Source: Thalia democratica (Eukaryota). Taken from it: a DNA stretch of 64,000 nt. The number at the start of each line of letters is the position of its first letter. Within the stretch, counting starts at the first letter, position 1. The notes under the pieces are model-generated. The model worked only from the letters and a program-made list of their open reading frames with translations. It did not search any database and had not been told where the DNA came from. The translations under genes were made by a program, and so were the position numbers. The DNA lies in contig CBDBBG010000245.1 of the NCBI GenBank assembly GCA_965202585.1, positions 1 through 64,000 on the forward strand, read 5' to 3'. This document shows positions 51,619-64,000 of this stretch, in pieces.

Positions 51619-52235
51619 AATTGTCCCTTGTGAAAACTTATTTGAACACAAGGGGACAAAATTGCACAAAAATACTTTTGCACAAGGGGACTAAATAGCA
51701 TGACTTGAACTTTTTTCTTTTTTTTAACTTTAATAATCATTTTAATTTTTTTTTTATATAAATTTAGTATTTTGATTTATTTTATTTAACTATTACCCCT
51801 AACCCTTACCCTTGGTCAGTAACTTTTTTTATAACTATCTTTTTTTTTTACTTTCACTGTTACCCCTAACCCTTGGTTGGTAGTTCTTTTGTTTTTATTA
51901 ATTTATTTAAATTTATTTGTTTTTCTTGTTTTTTTTTATAATAATAATGTTTATTAGTTATTTTTTTATTTTTAATATCACTGTTACTCCTAACCATTAC
52001 CCTTGGTCAATAATTTTTTTTTCTATTAATTTATCTTTTAGTTTTTTTTTTTTAACTTATTTTTAATTACTCTTTTTTCTGTCTTTTTTACACTTGTGCA
52101 AAAATGACCATTGGGTGCAAAACTATTTTTGTGCAGTTTTGTTATCATGTAATTTTGTCCCCTTGTGAAAATTTGTCATTGTGCAAAAATATCTTCGTGC
52201 AATTTAGTAACCTCATGCAATTTTGACCTGTTCCC
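51619..52235 (-). mobile_element. TGCAC-rich MITE copy
   Basis: Ends TGCAATTTTGACCTGTTCCC; three internal (TT)ACCCCTAACC(CTTA)CCCTTGGT-like motifs. Confidence 0.7.
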
Positions 52236-53071
52236 ATAGAACATATGTAAATATTTTTTTTTAATATAAAATAAAAATCTTTCATTTTTGCTTCAGTGAT
52301 TCAGAAGTTATGTTAGTTCAAGTGCGACCAGTTTTGCTATTTTAAGTTTAAAAACTTATCATATTTCTTCACTATTGTTGTCAAAAAGTGAAAGAACTGT
52401 AAACACTTCACTAAGTAAAACATAAAATATTAGACTTTTTCTTCAGTTTTATACATATAATTTCAATCAAAGGTGTTTTCAAAGATTTTAAGGGTTTATT
52501 CAAGGTAGTATAGCTTTAAAAAACCAGAAGTAAACATTTCCATACTTTTTTCAGGCTTTAGTAACAAAATACATTTAATTCTGTCTTGCAGTACAAAACA
52601 TTTTTAAAAACATATTTTAAGCAATATTTTGAAGATTACTATTTTAGGTATTAACTTTTAAGTAATAATTTTGATGAGACCTCTAAAAGTTTGAGTTTTC
52701 AATCAACTTATCTTGTTTTTTATAGACACTATACCATTCTTTAGAAAAAAAATAACAAAAAAAAATTCATTTATAAATAAGTGTTATTGCTTTTTTTGTG
52801 TAGTTCTAACAAATCACTGTTTTTGAAAAAAATTATGAATCATTTATAATAATTATAAATTGAAAAATACCAAAAACCGGTTGCATTTATACTCACATAA
52901 CTTTTGAAATCCTTAAAGCAATCAAAACGAATCAAAACCAGTTTTAAAAACAAGAAATAAAGTTCTATCAAACAACATTTTGTATCTTTTGACAATTTTT
53001 TTAGTTGATTGTCGGCTCCTTTTTAAGTCTACTGAGTATTATAGTATGACTAAAACACCTACTGTCAAAAT

Positions 53072-53443
53072 CAGGGTTTTCCAAAGTGGGCCAAGTGGCC
53101 CCCTTGGGGACTATGACAGATACTCAGCGGGCCACAAGCAGCAAAGGGGCTAGAGGGAGGCCATGAGCAGTAAAGGAGCCACAGGGGGGCCATGAAGTCA
53201 TATACTGAAATTTATACTAGATATTCTTGAGTTGCAGATGAAGAGCAAAAAAAAAAAGGTCTTAGGTGTATTTTATGGTAGTTTAGAAACTTACACTAGA
53301 TATTCTTGAGTTGCAGATGAAGAGCAAAAAAAAAGGTTTTTGGTGTTTTTTATTGTAGTTTATGAGTAATCTTGTTGAAGGGGGCTATAGATTTTTCAAT
53401 TTCTTTAAAGGGGGCCATTTGCAAAAAAGTTTGGAAAACCCTG
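53072..53443 (+). mobile_element. Charlie-type hAT MITE with an internal ~75-bp duplication
   Basis: TIR CAGGGTTTTCCAAA / TTTGGAAAACCCTG; flanks GTCAAAAT / ATCTAAAT (6/8); ctagatattcttgagttgcagatgaagagc occurs twice. Confidence 0.8.
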
Positions 53444-53710
53444 ATCTAAATTAATTAAATGTGTGATCAAAATTTAAAATTGCCTTTCTTATAAACAAAA
53501 AAAACTAGCCTATGTAACTTAAATTTATCATAAATAAAGTTGGCTTGAGGTAGTCTAAGTTTTTTATTTAGGTAATAGACATAAGACAAAAATTTAGTTA
53601 TTAATTTGGCTTAAATATCTTTTAAATCTTTTTAAAACAAGTTTTTAAAATTATAAATTTTACTCAAAAAAATGTAGACAATATATTGTATTTTTTGAAT
53701 TGTTCTATAC

Positions 53711-55437
53711 CAAGGTTTTCCAAAATGGACTGTTTTAGAAAATTAGAGGGCCATAATTTGCAAAGGGGCTGGGAGCATAGGTCTTAATTTTAAACTTTCA
53801 CTAGATATCCTGGAGTTGATGATGAGAGGCAAAAACAAGTATTTTGGTATTTAGGAGTAGTTTCAAAACCTATAGTAGATATTGAGTGAGAGTTTTAAAC
53901 TCACACTAGACCAGGGTTTCCCAAAGTGGGTCATGAGCTGGAGGGGTGCATAAGGACATAGTTTTAAACTTAGACTGAATATTCTGGAGTAAATTAAGAG
54001 AAAAGCAAAAAAAAAGTCCTGGGCAATTTTCAGTGGGCTGGCAATGGATATTGACAATTTTATGACTACACTGTTAATCCAAGAGTTTTATTAGATTGTT
54101 AAGAGCTGGGTGTCTTCTTTTAAAAACTCGGTTTAGTTATATTCTGCTTAAAGTATATTAAAAGTTACGTCTAGTTAAATATAGCAAAATTTTATCAAAA
54201 TAAAGGTCTTAGCAGCTGATAAAGAACACCTTAAACGCTTTTATAAAAATAGTTTTATTAGGTTTTTTCTTTTCTTTAGTTAAATTTAAAAATCAAAATT
54301 CTTTGAATATATAAAAAGAAAAGTGTATTATTGGTCATTTTTAAAAACTGCTATTCTTTCCCAAAATTCATAGGAGTTTTTAGGGCAAAATAGGATATGT
54401 TTAAGAGTTAAATATCTGAAAACACCCATCACAGACATATACTTTTTATTCTTTATCTTTTAGCTCACATGACAAGGAATCTATATACAAAATAACAATA
54501 TAGAGGGCAAAATAGGATATGTTTAAGAGTTAAATATCTGAAAACACCCATCACAGACATATACTTTTTATTCTTTATCTTTTAGCTCACATGACAAGGA
54601 ATCTATATACAAAATAACAATATATAGGGCAAAATAGGATATGTTTAAGAGTTAAATATCTGAAAACACCCATCACAGACATATACTTTTTTTTTTTTTA
54701 TCTTTTAGCTCACATGACAAGGAATCTATATACAAAATAACAATATATAGGGCAAAATAGGATATGTTTAAGAGTTAAATGTCTGAAAACACCCATTACA
54801 GACATATACTTTTTATTCTTTATCTTTTAGCTCACATGACAAGGAATCTATATACAAAATAACAAAAATTTTTATTCAAGAATTTTAACTTATTTTAGGG
54901 TTTATACAAACAAAATTTTAATTTCTATTTACTTTTTTTATAAATAAATGTTAAATAAAAAAAAATAAAAGTTCTAAGACTTTGAGTTTTTATATCACTT
55001 ATCTTATTTTCTAAATTCATTATATAAATTTTAATAAAAGTGGTAAAAAAAGTTAATTTAAATAAGTATTTCAAATATTTTTCTGTAACTTTCTGCAAGC
55101 AAATTTTTGACCAAAACTAGGAATAATTTTGAGTAGTTTATACATTGTAAAAGGTAAAAACTGACTAGATTTAAACTTACTTAACTTTAAAATAAGCATG
55201 AAAATAACAAAACCAATTTTAAAACAAAGAAATCAAGTTCTATCTAACTATGTTTTTCACTTAGTTTGATTTTATATTCAGCAAAATTATTCTTTTTCAG
55301 ACTATGGCCACTTGAACCTCATTTTCAGCCCACTGTGTATTTGAAGGGATTTTTTTTTGTGAAATCTTACAAGAAGAGGCCATTGTTTTATAATTTCTTC
55401 AAAGAGGCCTTAGGAAAAAATTTTTTGGGAAACCTTG
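53711..55437 (+). mobile_element. Composite Charlie-type element carrying a second MITE end and the 122-bp repeat
   Basis: Both ends have the CAAGG variant TIR (CAAGGTTTTCCAAA / TTTGGGAAACCTTG); flanks TTCTATAC / ATCTATAC (7/8); second left end CAGGGTTTCCCAAA at 53912. Confidence 0.6.
54382..54865 (+). repeat. Tandem repeat, 4 x ~122 bp, near-identical
   Basis: Unit AGGGCAAAATAGGATATGTTTAAGAG...CTATATACAAAATAACAA starts at 54382, 54504, 54626 and 54749. Confidence 0.97.
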
Positions 55438-56169
55438 ATCTATACCAATCTTTAAATTAAATTTCTTATAATATTGTAACAAAATACTTAATAACAAAAT
55501 TTTATTAAAGTTATATATTATTCTATTATATTACTTAATTTTTTCTCTATCGACTAATTTTGTGCTAAAACAATCTTAAAGTATCAAGCCTAAAGCATGT
55601 GTAAACTAATGTATGTTTTATAAAAAATGTATTTTTTTTTACTTAACAAACTTTACTTTAAGTTGTAAACAAAAATAATGAAACTAATGTAGAACTTTTA
55701 TATTAGTATTTCAAACAAAGCTGAACTATAAAAGATATATAAAAGTGTATCATATTACAGGATAACCAATTTTTGAAGCAAAAGAGCCAGCCTGTGTTAA
55801 ATAAAACATTAAAATAAAGAAAAAAAAATCTAATTAATGTTAATATCTATAAAACTTTGTGACTTAGATATAATATAATAATAAAAAAGTCCTTTTATCT
55901 AGAATTAAATACAGAAATTTTAATGAAAATATGTGGTTTAAATTTCATTAAAACTAGCTTAAGTTTTTCTAGAATTTCAAACAAACAATCTTGAATTATC
56001 ATTTGTGGCATGGTAAACAAGAATTTATGTTTCTTTAACTTGAGTATTTTTTAATTCTAAACAACTAGAGTTATCAAAAGAGTAGCAAATATAGATCATT
56101 ATTGGAGATTATTAAAAAAAATATAATTCATTTTGAATATTGATTTAGCAACAGATGTATATTCTAGAA

Positions 56170-56480
56170 CAGTGATTCTTAAACTGGCGTAAATTTAACC
56201 CTGGGAATAAATTTCCTTGTTTTAGGGGGTAAGTTTTCTTTATTACAAGTTACTTAAATCAATGTTTTTAATTGTTATTTTAATTAATTAGTTAATATTT
56301 TATTGTAATTTTTAAAAGTTAAACAAACTCTTAAAATTTTAGTACTTTTTAGATTCAAAAAATGCTTTAAGCTCAAAAAATCTATTATTTATCCCAAACT
56401 TATTACAATTTTGTATACTGGGGGTAAATTTGGTAATAATCTTCCAAAAAGGAGTAAAAAACAAGATTAAAAAACAACTG
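56170..56480 (+). mobile_element. Charlie-type hAT MITE
   Basis: Starts CAGTGATTCTTAAACT and ends ..CAACTG; perfect 8-bp TSD TTCTAGAA (Charlie NTCTAGAN preference). Confidence 0.75.
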
Positions 56481-56551
56481 TTCTAGAAGATAGTAAAAGT
56501 TATATAGGATGAAGATATCATAAAACTTCTATAATAATAATTAATTAAGTA

Positions 56552-56895
56552 CAGGGTTGCCTAATGTTTTTGGCAAATTTTCTCTAGGTTTTAATAATTT
56601 TCTCAAAGATTTTAGGGTTAGTCAAATTTTGAATTTAAAGTTAAATTAAGGGTAAGAAACTGTGTTAATTAGTATAAAAACATTTAAAAGATACTGTAAA
56701 GCTACTTTAAATGTGTTTTTTTTAATTCCAATGATAACAAAAATGTTCATCTATACAATAGATTTTTTGTGTCAAATTGAAATTTTACTATTAAACATGT
56801 TAAAATTGTTAAAAATTCCAGGTTTTATTGGTTTTTTTTTCAAAATTTCTCAAATTCCAGGTTTTTAAGCCTTAATTGTCAAATTTAGGATTTTA
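56552..56895 (+). mobile_element. CAGGGTTGC-family MITE, right end lost
   Basis: Starts CAGGGTTGCC; the body matches 46900-47230. Confidence 0.75.
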
Positions 56896-57367
56896 GGAGT
56901 AGCTTGAGTTTTATTAAACTTTATAACAGAGTGAACTAGACTAAACTATTGAATTTTATGTAGTATTTGTAAGTTTAAAGTTCTAAAAAGTAGCACAACA
57001 GAAAGTTATTACAAAAAAAATTATTGATTTTGAAACCTCATATAGTTCTACTAGCAAGTGGCCTTCTTGCTACCCTTCTTTAGTGCACAAAGAGCTTCCT
57101 TTACTTCATCAGATAGCATTACTGATGTCAGTGTTGTCTTTAGTGTCATCTTTGGTATTGGCAATATTAATTGTTTTTTTCTTAGCTTATGATCAACAGA
57201 AACTCTCAAAAGCAGACTTAGTCAAGATTAAAAATGTCCGACTTGACCACCAGGGGCTAGCTTGAGTAAGTTAAGACAATAAGCAGAAGTCAAAGTACTG
57301 CGAAGCGAAGTTGTAAAATTTAAACTGACAACATAGTATTTTGCGTTCAGAAAACTCTGTTAAAGTA

Positions 57368-58210
57368 GGAACGGGTTACTTTTACACGAGCGTCACTTTT
57401 TCACTGAGAAACTTTTGCACGAAAGGTCATTTTTGCACGAGAGTAAAAAAGTATATAAAAAGAAAAATAAATAAAAACTAATAAATGAATATAACCAAAA
57501 TATATACATAAAAAGATTAATTAAAAAAAAAAGTTACCAACCTATGGCAAGGGTTAGTGGTTATAGTGTTAGTAAAACTGTAAAAGAAAAATAACATAAA
57601 AAATTAAAACATAAAAAATAAAATAAACTAAAAAAAAAAAAAAAAAGGTAGAGAAATTACCGACCGAAGGTAAGGGTTAGGGTTAACAGTGATAGAAAAA
57701 AAAATGTATTTAATGAAAATTATTAATAAAAAAAAAATAACAGGAAAATAAAGAAAAACGTATAAAATTAATAAAAAAACTAGATATTCAAATTTTTATT
57801 CTTTCCATTCATAACTAAGTTAAAGTGTAATAATCCGTAACCCACAGAAACATATGTTGATACATTAAAAGGAAAATTACTGTATAATTAGTTTTTATAA
57901 AAAAAACTAAAAATTTAAAAAAAAAATTTACCCCACTTAAAGCAAGGTTAATAGTGATAAAAAAAACTAAAGTTAGTAAAAAATTAATAGATTTTTTAAC
58001 CTGTGCATAAGCGTCTTCGTGCAAAAGTGTCCCCTTGTGCTAAAAAGACGCTCGTGCAAAAGATTCGCCGTAAAAAATTGTCCACTCGTGCAAAAGTGAC
58101 CCTGCGTGCGACAGTGACGCCGTGCAAAAGTGTCCCCTCGTGCTAAATTGACGCTCGTGCAAAAGTTACCTTTCGTACATAATTCACGGTGTGCAAAAGT
58201 AACACACACC
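57368..58210 (+). mobile_element. TGCAC-rich MITE, long copy
   Basis: GGAACGGGTTACTTTTACAC / GTGCAAAAGTAACACACACC ends; expanded CGTGCAAAAG repeats at 58010-58200; internal GGTAAGGGTTAGGGTTA. Confidence 0.75.
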
Positions 58211-61200
58211 CCTGTTCAAGTAGACTCATCATTATTTACATGCTTTTTTTATATGAATAAACACAAAATAATTAACGTATAAAAATTCCTTAGTATGAAA
58301 AGTATATTTAAATGTCAGTTTTAGTCGAAAAAACTGAAAAAGCTTAGTCAGTAGATTTTTTTAAACCCTTTTTAAATACTTTTTTTATTTGTTCCGTTGT
58401 CCATAATTAATATTACGTAAACACACTAAAATTAATCAAAAAGTAGAGTTTAAATATTTAAAATTAAAAATGAAATAAAGAAAGCTTCTTCTTTTCTTAC
58501 TCAGCTTTTTTTTAGTTTTTATTAGCTCAGACAGAACTTTAAGCATACTAGTCATAATACTGTCGTACACTAATAACACCAAAACCCGTATTCTAATCAG
58601 ATTTACCTAAAATTTTTAGTATTCGCCTTTTCCCTAACCCACCTTACCCAAATTTATAGAAAATATATTGCAACAAATTTATGTTAATTAGAATATAAAT
58701 AAGTAAAGTATTAGGCAATCAGAAGCGTCTTAAATTTGCATATTACAATTTTAAAACTCTATTAGCAAAACTAAAGATATATACAAAATAAGCTCAGTAT
58801 AGTAATTTGCAGCATAATTTTGGTTGAAGTACATTTGGTTTAAAATAAAAACTGTTAAATTTATAAATAATTAGTTTATAAAATGACATATATTAACTAA
58901 AATAAAAAAACCCTAATTATGTTTTTGAGTTGCTTATTAACTTAAAAAATAAATTGTAAAAATATTGCAGCTTTCTAAGTTTACTTATGAACGTGCGACC
59001 CACCGACACCAATGTCTTGCCCGCTAAATAACTTTTAGCTTCAGAATAACTTGTGGGAATCAGATACAATATATTTTTTTATCTAACTATTATTAGTATA
59101 CTCTTACTTAGATTTTCAGAACAAGTTTTTTTATTTTAAACAACTCGTTAGGTACAATTTTGAATGAAATGCTTTTGTTATTCGTTAAAGTAAATGTTTT
59201 CAAGCAACTTATTTTTTAAATACCCGTCTTGCTATTAAATTTTTTGAGTACTTCGGCTGTAGATTTTTTTTTGGTTAGTATTGTCAGTAGACAAGAAAAT
59301 TTGCCTACCCCCTAGTCAAAAGCGATTATTTTAACTAAAACAACGTTTAAGGAAAGCATTGCCTACTTAAGAAGGTAATCAATTAAAAATAGAAAATGAG
59401 TCAGCAGTGAATAACAATTTTCACCTAAAATTAACGATATGCTACCTTTTTTGGGAAAACTTAGATCTTTTTTTAATAAAACAATGTTTTCAAGCATGAT
59501 AACAGCAATCTTTTGCTTGAATATGTGGTTTAAATATAACCCAAAAGTGCGTTTTCTAGTTAATCAGGTCCAAGTTATATACACCGCAAGTCACAAAGTA
59601 AATTATAAATTAATTTGTAGCAATAGATGATGATACTAGTCATATGTTCAAATATGAAGTTTGAAAAAACAAACAGTTTTTTAACAACAGCAAGCATCAT
59701 TTGAAAATGTGACATTAGATGAGCAAGAACAAATGAACATTGAAATAATTAGTCGATTGTTTCAATATAACAATGATATTTCATTCTAGAAAGGATACAT
59801 TCTTTAGAATAAATGCAAACTTCTGTCGGAAACAATTATGAAACAACTTATTTTAAATAATTGTTTAAGTTCTTGAAAAAGAATTTTTAACCTCAGAGGA
59901 GTCTGCTAAATCAAATCTAAAGGCATTTTTCTAGTTTTAAGTAAATGTTAAAAGCCCTGTTTCTTATTTTCGTTTATTAAAATTTAATATGGCTTAGAAA
60001 TTACTTTGAACATAGTACCATAGAAAACTGCTGTAATTTAGATATTTGTTTTAACTTTATATTTTTTAAATCAGCTCAAATGCCGATTCCGAATAAGCTT
60101 GACTAGTCAAACTTACCAAACCAGATGCTAATATATTCCGAAGAACCGAGACAGCCATTTTAATTGGACGAAAACCAACAAGGTATTAGTATATCTTTCA
60201 AAACAACATTTTTTATTCTTAAATATTTTTATTGGAATTTGTTTGAATAGATTTGATATAAAGAATTAAGTTTTGTCGTTCTGAAATTATAAAAGAAGAG
60301 CACAAAAAGAATTTATTTTTTTTAGAAATTATAAGCATACCGTTGTTTTTCTATGAAGATTTGATTTTAGTTTGTTTATAATTTGTAAAGTGTGTAAACG
60401 TTTTTTTGAACGACAAATGAAAAGTTTGGTCTAACGACCTGGTGTAAAAAGAAACCTTTCGGTTATCAATCAAAGACTATCTATTACAAGCATACTATTA
60501 CAACTTTTAAAATAACAGCTAAATGAATAGGAGAGTAAGACTGACAAACCAACTACAAAAAGACAAAATTGATAACATAGTTGTAAATTGGGAAGAGCAT
60601 CAATCAAGTTTTTATAGAAAAAAATTTCAAGGTAAAGTTCAATATTTTTATAATTATGAAACTTTACTTTGTAATTTTTCAAACCAACTGTTAATAAGAG
60701 AAAAAATATTTTTTTTTAGTTTAGAAATTAGTTTAAGATTGTTATAAAACCGCTTGCTTGGGAATAACTTTGAAACCTTGTTTTTATCTTATGAAAGATT
60801 TTTTGTGAACAAAAACTTTGAGAAATTTTGATTTGTAAAAATATTTTTAAACAATTAACCTCAAATTAGCATTACTGAATAGTTTTCACGATGTCTTACT
60901 TATTTTTAGTATTTTAAAATAAAAATAAATAGCTGATGAAAGAAGAACAGCAAGTCAGCTAACGGAAAAAAATCAAAAAATTAAAAAAACTCAAAACTTT
61001 GAGATTTTTGTTATCATATAACCGTTTCAACCAAAACCAAAGTTCGCCTTATTAGAAACAAAATGATAATAGTTTAACTTAAACAAAAATTTTAAACTTA
61101 ACTTTAGAATAAAGCAAACAGGAGTATAAACGAAAACTAAAAAACATCCTAGTTTGAGTAGTAAAAACTGTTCTTAGCATGACTTTTTTAACTAAAATTT

Positions 61201-63559
61201 CAGTGGAGTACCTGTCAAAAATGAAAAGGACCAATTTCTCATGGTGGCAGACCCCTATCTTATCGCCATCAACAACGAGGCTTTTGCGAAAGACCCCTAT
61301 CTTAAACCATCAACCACGAAGAACCAATAAACAAGTGTTAAATCAACAAGTTCCTATAATACTTGTAAACTTCCCGCACCTATTAGCCAAATCACCACGC
61401 ATCTCCACTGGTTGTGACTTAAGCCAATACTCTAACTAATTGCATGAGCTAAAAAAAAGACTCTTAGCTTTTTTACGTATTACAACTCAAACATAATGCG
61501 ATCAACTAAAAATGATAAATAAAATTGAGAAAAAATTAATAATTTTATTTTATCTGTTATCATACAGTTACATATTAATTACTTTAAGCGCAAAAAATTA
61601 AACTTTATAGTTTTAACTACTTTCAATGTGGCTTGACTCGTTTACTTTTTTTACTCTAACATTCAAAATTCTAAATTTTACTAGCTTAAGATTAGTTTAA
61701 CTTACAAAAAATTAATATAAATTATATTATTTGATTTTTAAGCTAAAAACAATTATGTGTATAGCATGTGAAAAAAAGTAATTACTAAAATAGTATGTCT
61801 TTTTTTTATGAAGCTACCTATACAGGAAGTGTTACAAAATTTAAAAATTAAAATTTTAAAAATTACTCTTAATGTTTTTACTGAAATCTATTTCAAACCT
61901 TATCTATAGTAATCTACCTAATCTACATAACAACCTTTGATCAGTATAACAGTTTCTTGATAATTCAAAATCTAATTATAAAAATTTTCAATGACCTTTG
62001 GAGCTGTATACTTAATAACAACTACAAAAAGTAATGCATTTGTAGCATTTTTCTACAATAATATTAAAGTTGAAAATAAAACTTATAAAATAAAACTAAA
62101 AAAAAAACGATCTAAGAAATTATATTAACTAAACTAACTATCCATTACGTCTGCTTAGTGCTTACTAAGTTTTGATAAAATACAAAGGTGCTAATACATT
62201 TCTAATTGTTGAAAACTTAGCTGCGGTAGATAAACTTTTATTTTACTCAAGACAAACAAAAAAAATCTTATTCCGATGAGTTCTGCATACTTTCTGTCTC
62301 TTTTATTTATTTAAACTGAGTTATTGACCAGTTAGGAACACTTTATTAAGCACTTAAAGTTACGAGTGTTTAGCTATTTGTTTGCTTTTTTATTACCAAA
62401 GCTTATATTAAGCAGGTAGAGCTTTTATTTCAATTTAGTAAGATTATACAATTCAACACAGTTATTGCAAGAAACATTTAATTTAATAACTAGAGGTTTG
62501 TAAATACTATTGGTTTTATTAAAATCAGCACTATAACTATTTCCTACTTAAATGGTTCTTATCATTCATTATTTGCGTTCCTTTCAAATTCGATCAATTA
62601 AGCTCGATTATGTCTAAAACTAGCACTAGTTAAGTTAAGTTTACAATTTTTCTATAATTTCAAAATAAATTGTTATAAAAAGTATCTTAAAGATAAAATA
62701 TTAAATAGATAAAAAAAACTTGTGTATAGATAATTTATTTAAACAACTACACGAAAAACAGAAGAAGTATATACATAAACGAATCAAAGTTTTAGTTTAG
62801 AGTTTGCTAAAAAGGTTTAATAAAAAAAGTTTTTATTTAAAACTGTTTTAAAATAATAAAAAAGTTAAGTTTTTTCATTACTAACTACAAAACTTTAATT
62901 AGTAACTAAACATAATACAACTTAATTATTGAGTGATTAAAAAAATTAAAACAAGTAACACTAAAAATATATTTTCTTCGTTTATGTGCCTTCAAGTTTT
63001 CGAATCTTTTTCTATTCTGCATGGAGCCTAAGAAAATATATTAGATATTAATTCACATTAGACCATAGTTTTAAATATTTGATAACAAAATATAAGTATA
63101 TTAATAAAAAAAATATTTATCAAACTATGAACTATAAAAGTTTAAAATAACAATTATATATCTACATATATATGAGTCTTTTTAAAAATTTTAGGTAAAG
63201 TAGTTTTGAACTTACTGTTCATACGTTTCCATTGTTTCATACGAGCCGTTGAAATGCTCATCTGCTTTTTGCTTAAGATTCATATAGGCTGCAATAAAAA
63301 GAAATAATAAATTTTAGCAAAGTTTAAGTATAAAAGGATTTGCTGAGACTCATTATACTCTAACCAAATAACTACAAAAGGAGTTGAGAAAAAAAAAACA
63401 GTTTACATTATGCTTGTCATTTACATTTACAAGCGTTTGCAAAAACTAATCGAGCATGAAATAATAGAGCCTGCTAAACTAAAACATTAAATCTAAACTG
63501 AAAAAGTAGGATTTATTTCAAAGCAGTTTTTCAACTAACTCAGTTTCAGCCTGAGACTA

Positions 63560-63715
63560 AAATGGCCGTCGGTCGAATGAAGTGGCTTCCCCGTCCTCTT
63601 CCTGGCGACCACGCTCATCATGACGTCGAACAGTGTGACGTCATGGGAAATCAGCGGGTCGCCTCGGCGCTCGTACCATTCGTTGTCCTGGTCAACGATG
63701 GCATCCACGTATTCT
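63560..63715 (-). other. GC-rich coding-like island of unknown origin
   Basis: About 59% GC over 150 bp (hand count 88/150) in a very AT-rich background. The minus frame EYVDAIVDQDNEWYERRGDPLISHDVTLFDVMMSVVARKRTGKPLHSTDGHF has G/C-rich third positions. Confidence 0.6.
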
Positions 63716-64000
63716 GTTTTATTTTTTTTCTTTTTCACTTTTTCAGTATTTGCTAATACTTGTTTTCTATAAAGTACAGGCGTTTAACTTGAAACACGAA
63801 AAAAAATTTGAAAAAATTTAACTCAGCTTTGGTCATAAAAACTAATCAAATGAATTTTAATAAACAAGTATATATGTTAATTAAAAAAAACATTACCATT
63901 TATTTTGAAAGCTTTGCAATAAATTTCTTCTATTTTAATAAACTTACGCGGCTTAAATTCTTTTACATCACCTAACGCCTCGAAAGTTTCGAACGTCGGT

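Noticed and set aside
57243-57262. CCACCAGGGGCT resembling a CTCF site
   Set aside because: Single short imperfect match; CTCF is regarded as bilaterian-specific and the host looks non-bilaterian.
61179-61439. ORF with a 42-bp internal direct repeat (AGACCCCTATCTTA..CCATCAAC)
   Set aside because: Slightly GC-richer patch, probably TE debris; no frame gives a recognisable domain.

Overview
Very AT-rich eukaryotic genomic DNA. The Kelch-family remnants and transposon content resemble Hydra, but that is an inference. No intact complete gene is visible. The window contains: (1) the 3' end of a Kelch-repeat gene (1-219) and a decayed paralogue (~15.2-16.1 kb); (2) a full-length but crippled Ty3/Gypsy LTR retrotransposon (2700-7309; 114-bp LTRs, GCCTG target duplication) with a self-priming signature where a tRNA PBS would be expected; (3) several non-autonomous hAT elements and MITEs, a 122-bp tandem repeat and a 100-N gap; (4) a ~150-bp GC-rich, coding-like island near 63.6 kb. 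The main discovery is an array of about 20 units of ~0.35-0.45 kb (17.8-37 kb). In each unit a conserved hairpin and a conserved TATA + ACGTCAC block flank a hypervariable, near-constant-length (~28-31 nt) cassette. On the minus strand a unit reads as PSE/CRE-like element - TATA - initiator - ~21 nt unique sequence - U-rich Sm-like motif - 3' stem-loop, i.e. a candidate battery of U7-like small RNA genes with diversified 5' guides. Older ~0.9-1 kb units that keep only these motifs lie at 2.3-13.6 kb and 41.8-42.8 kb. The array architecture is seen directly; the RNA interpretation is a hypothesis.
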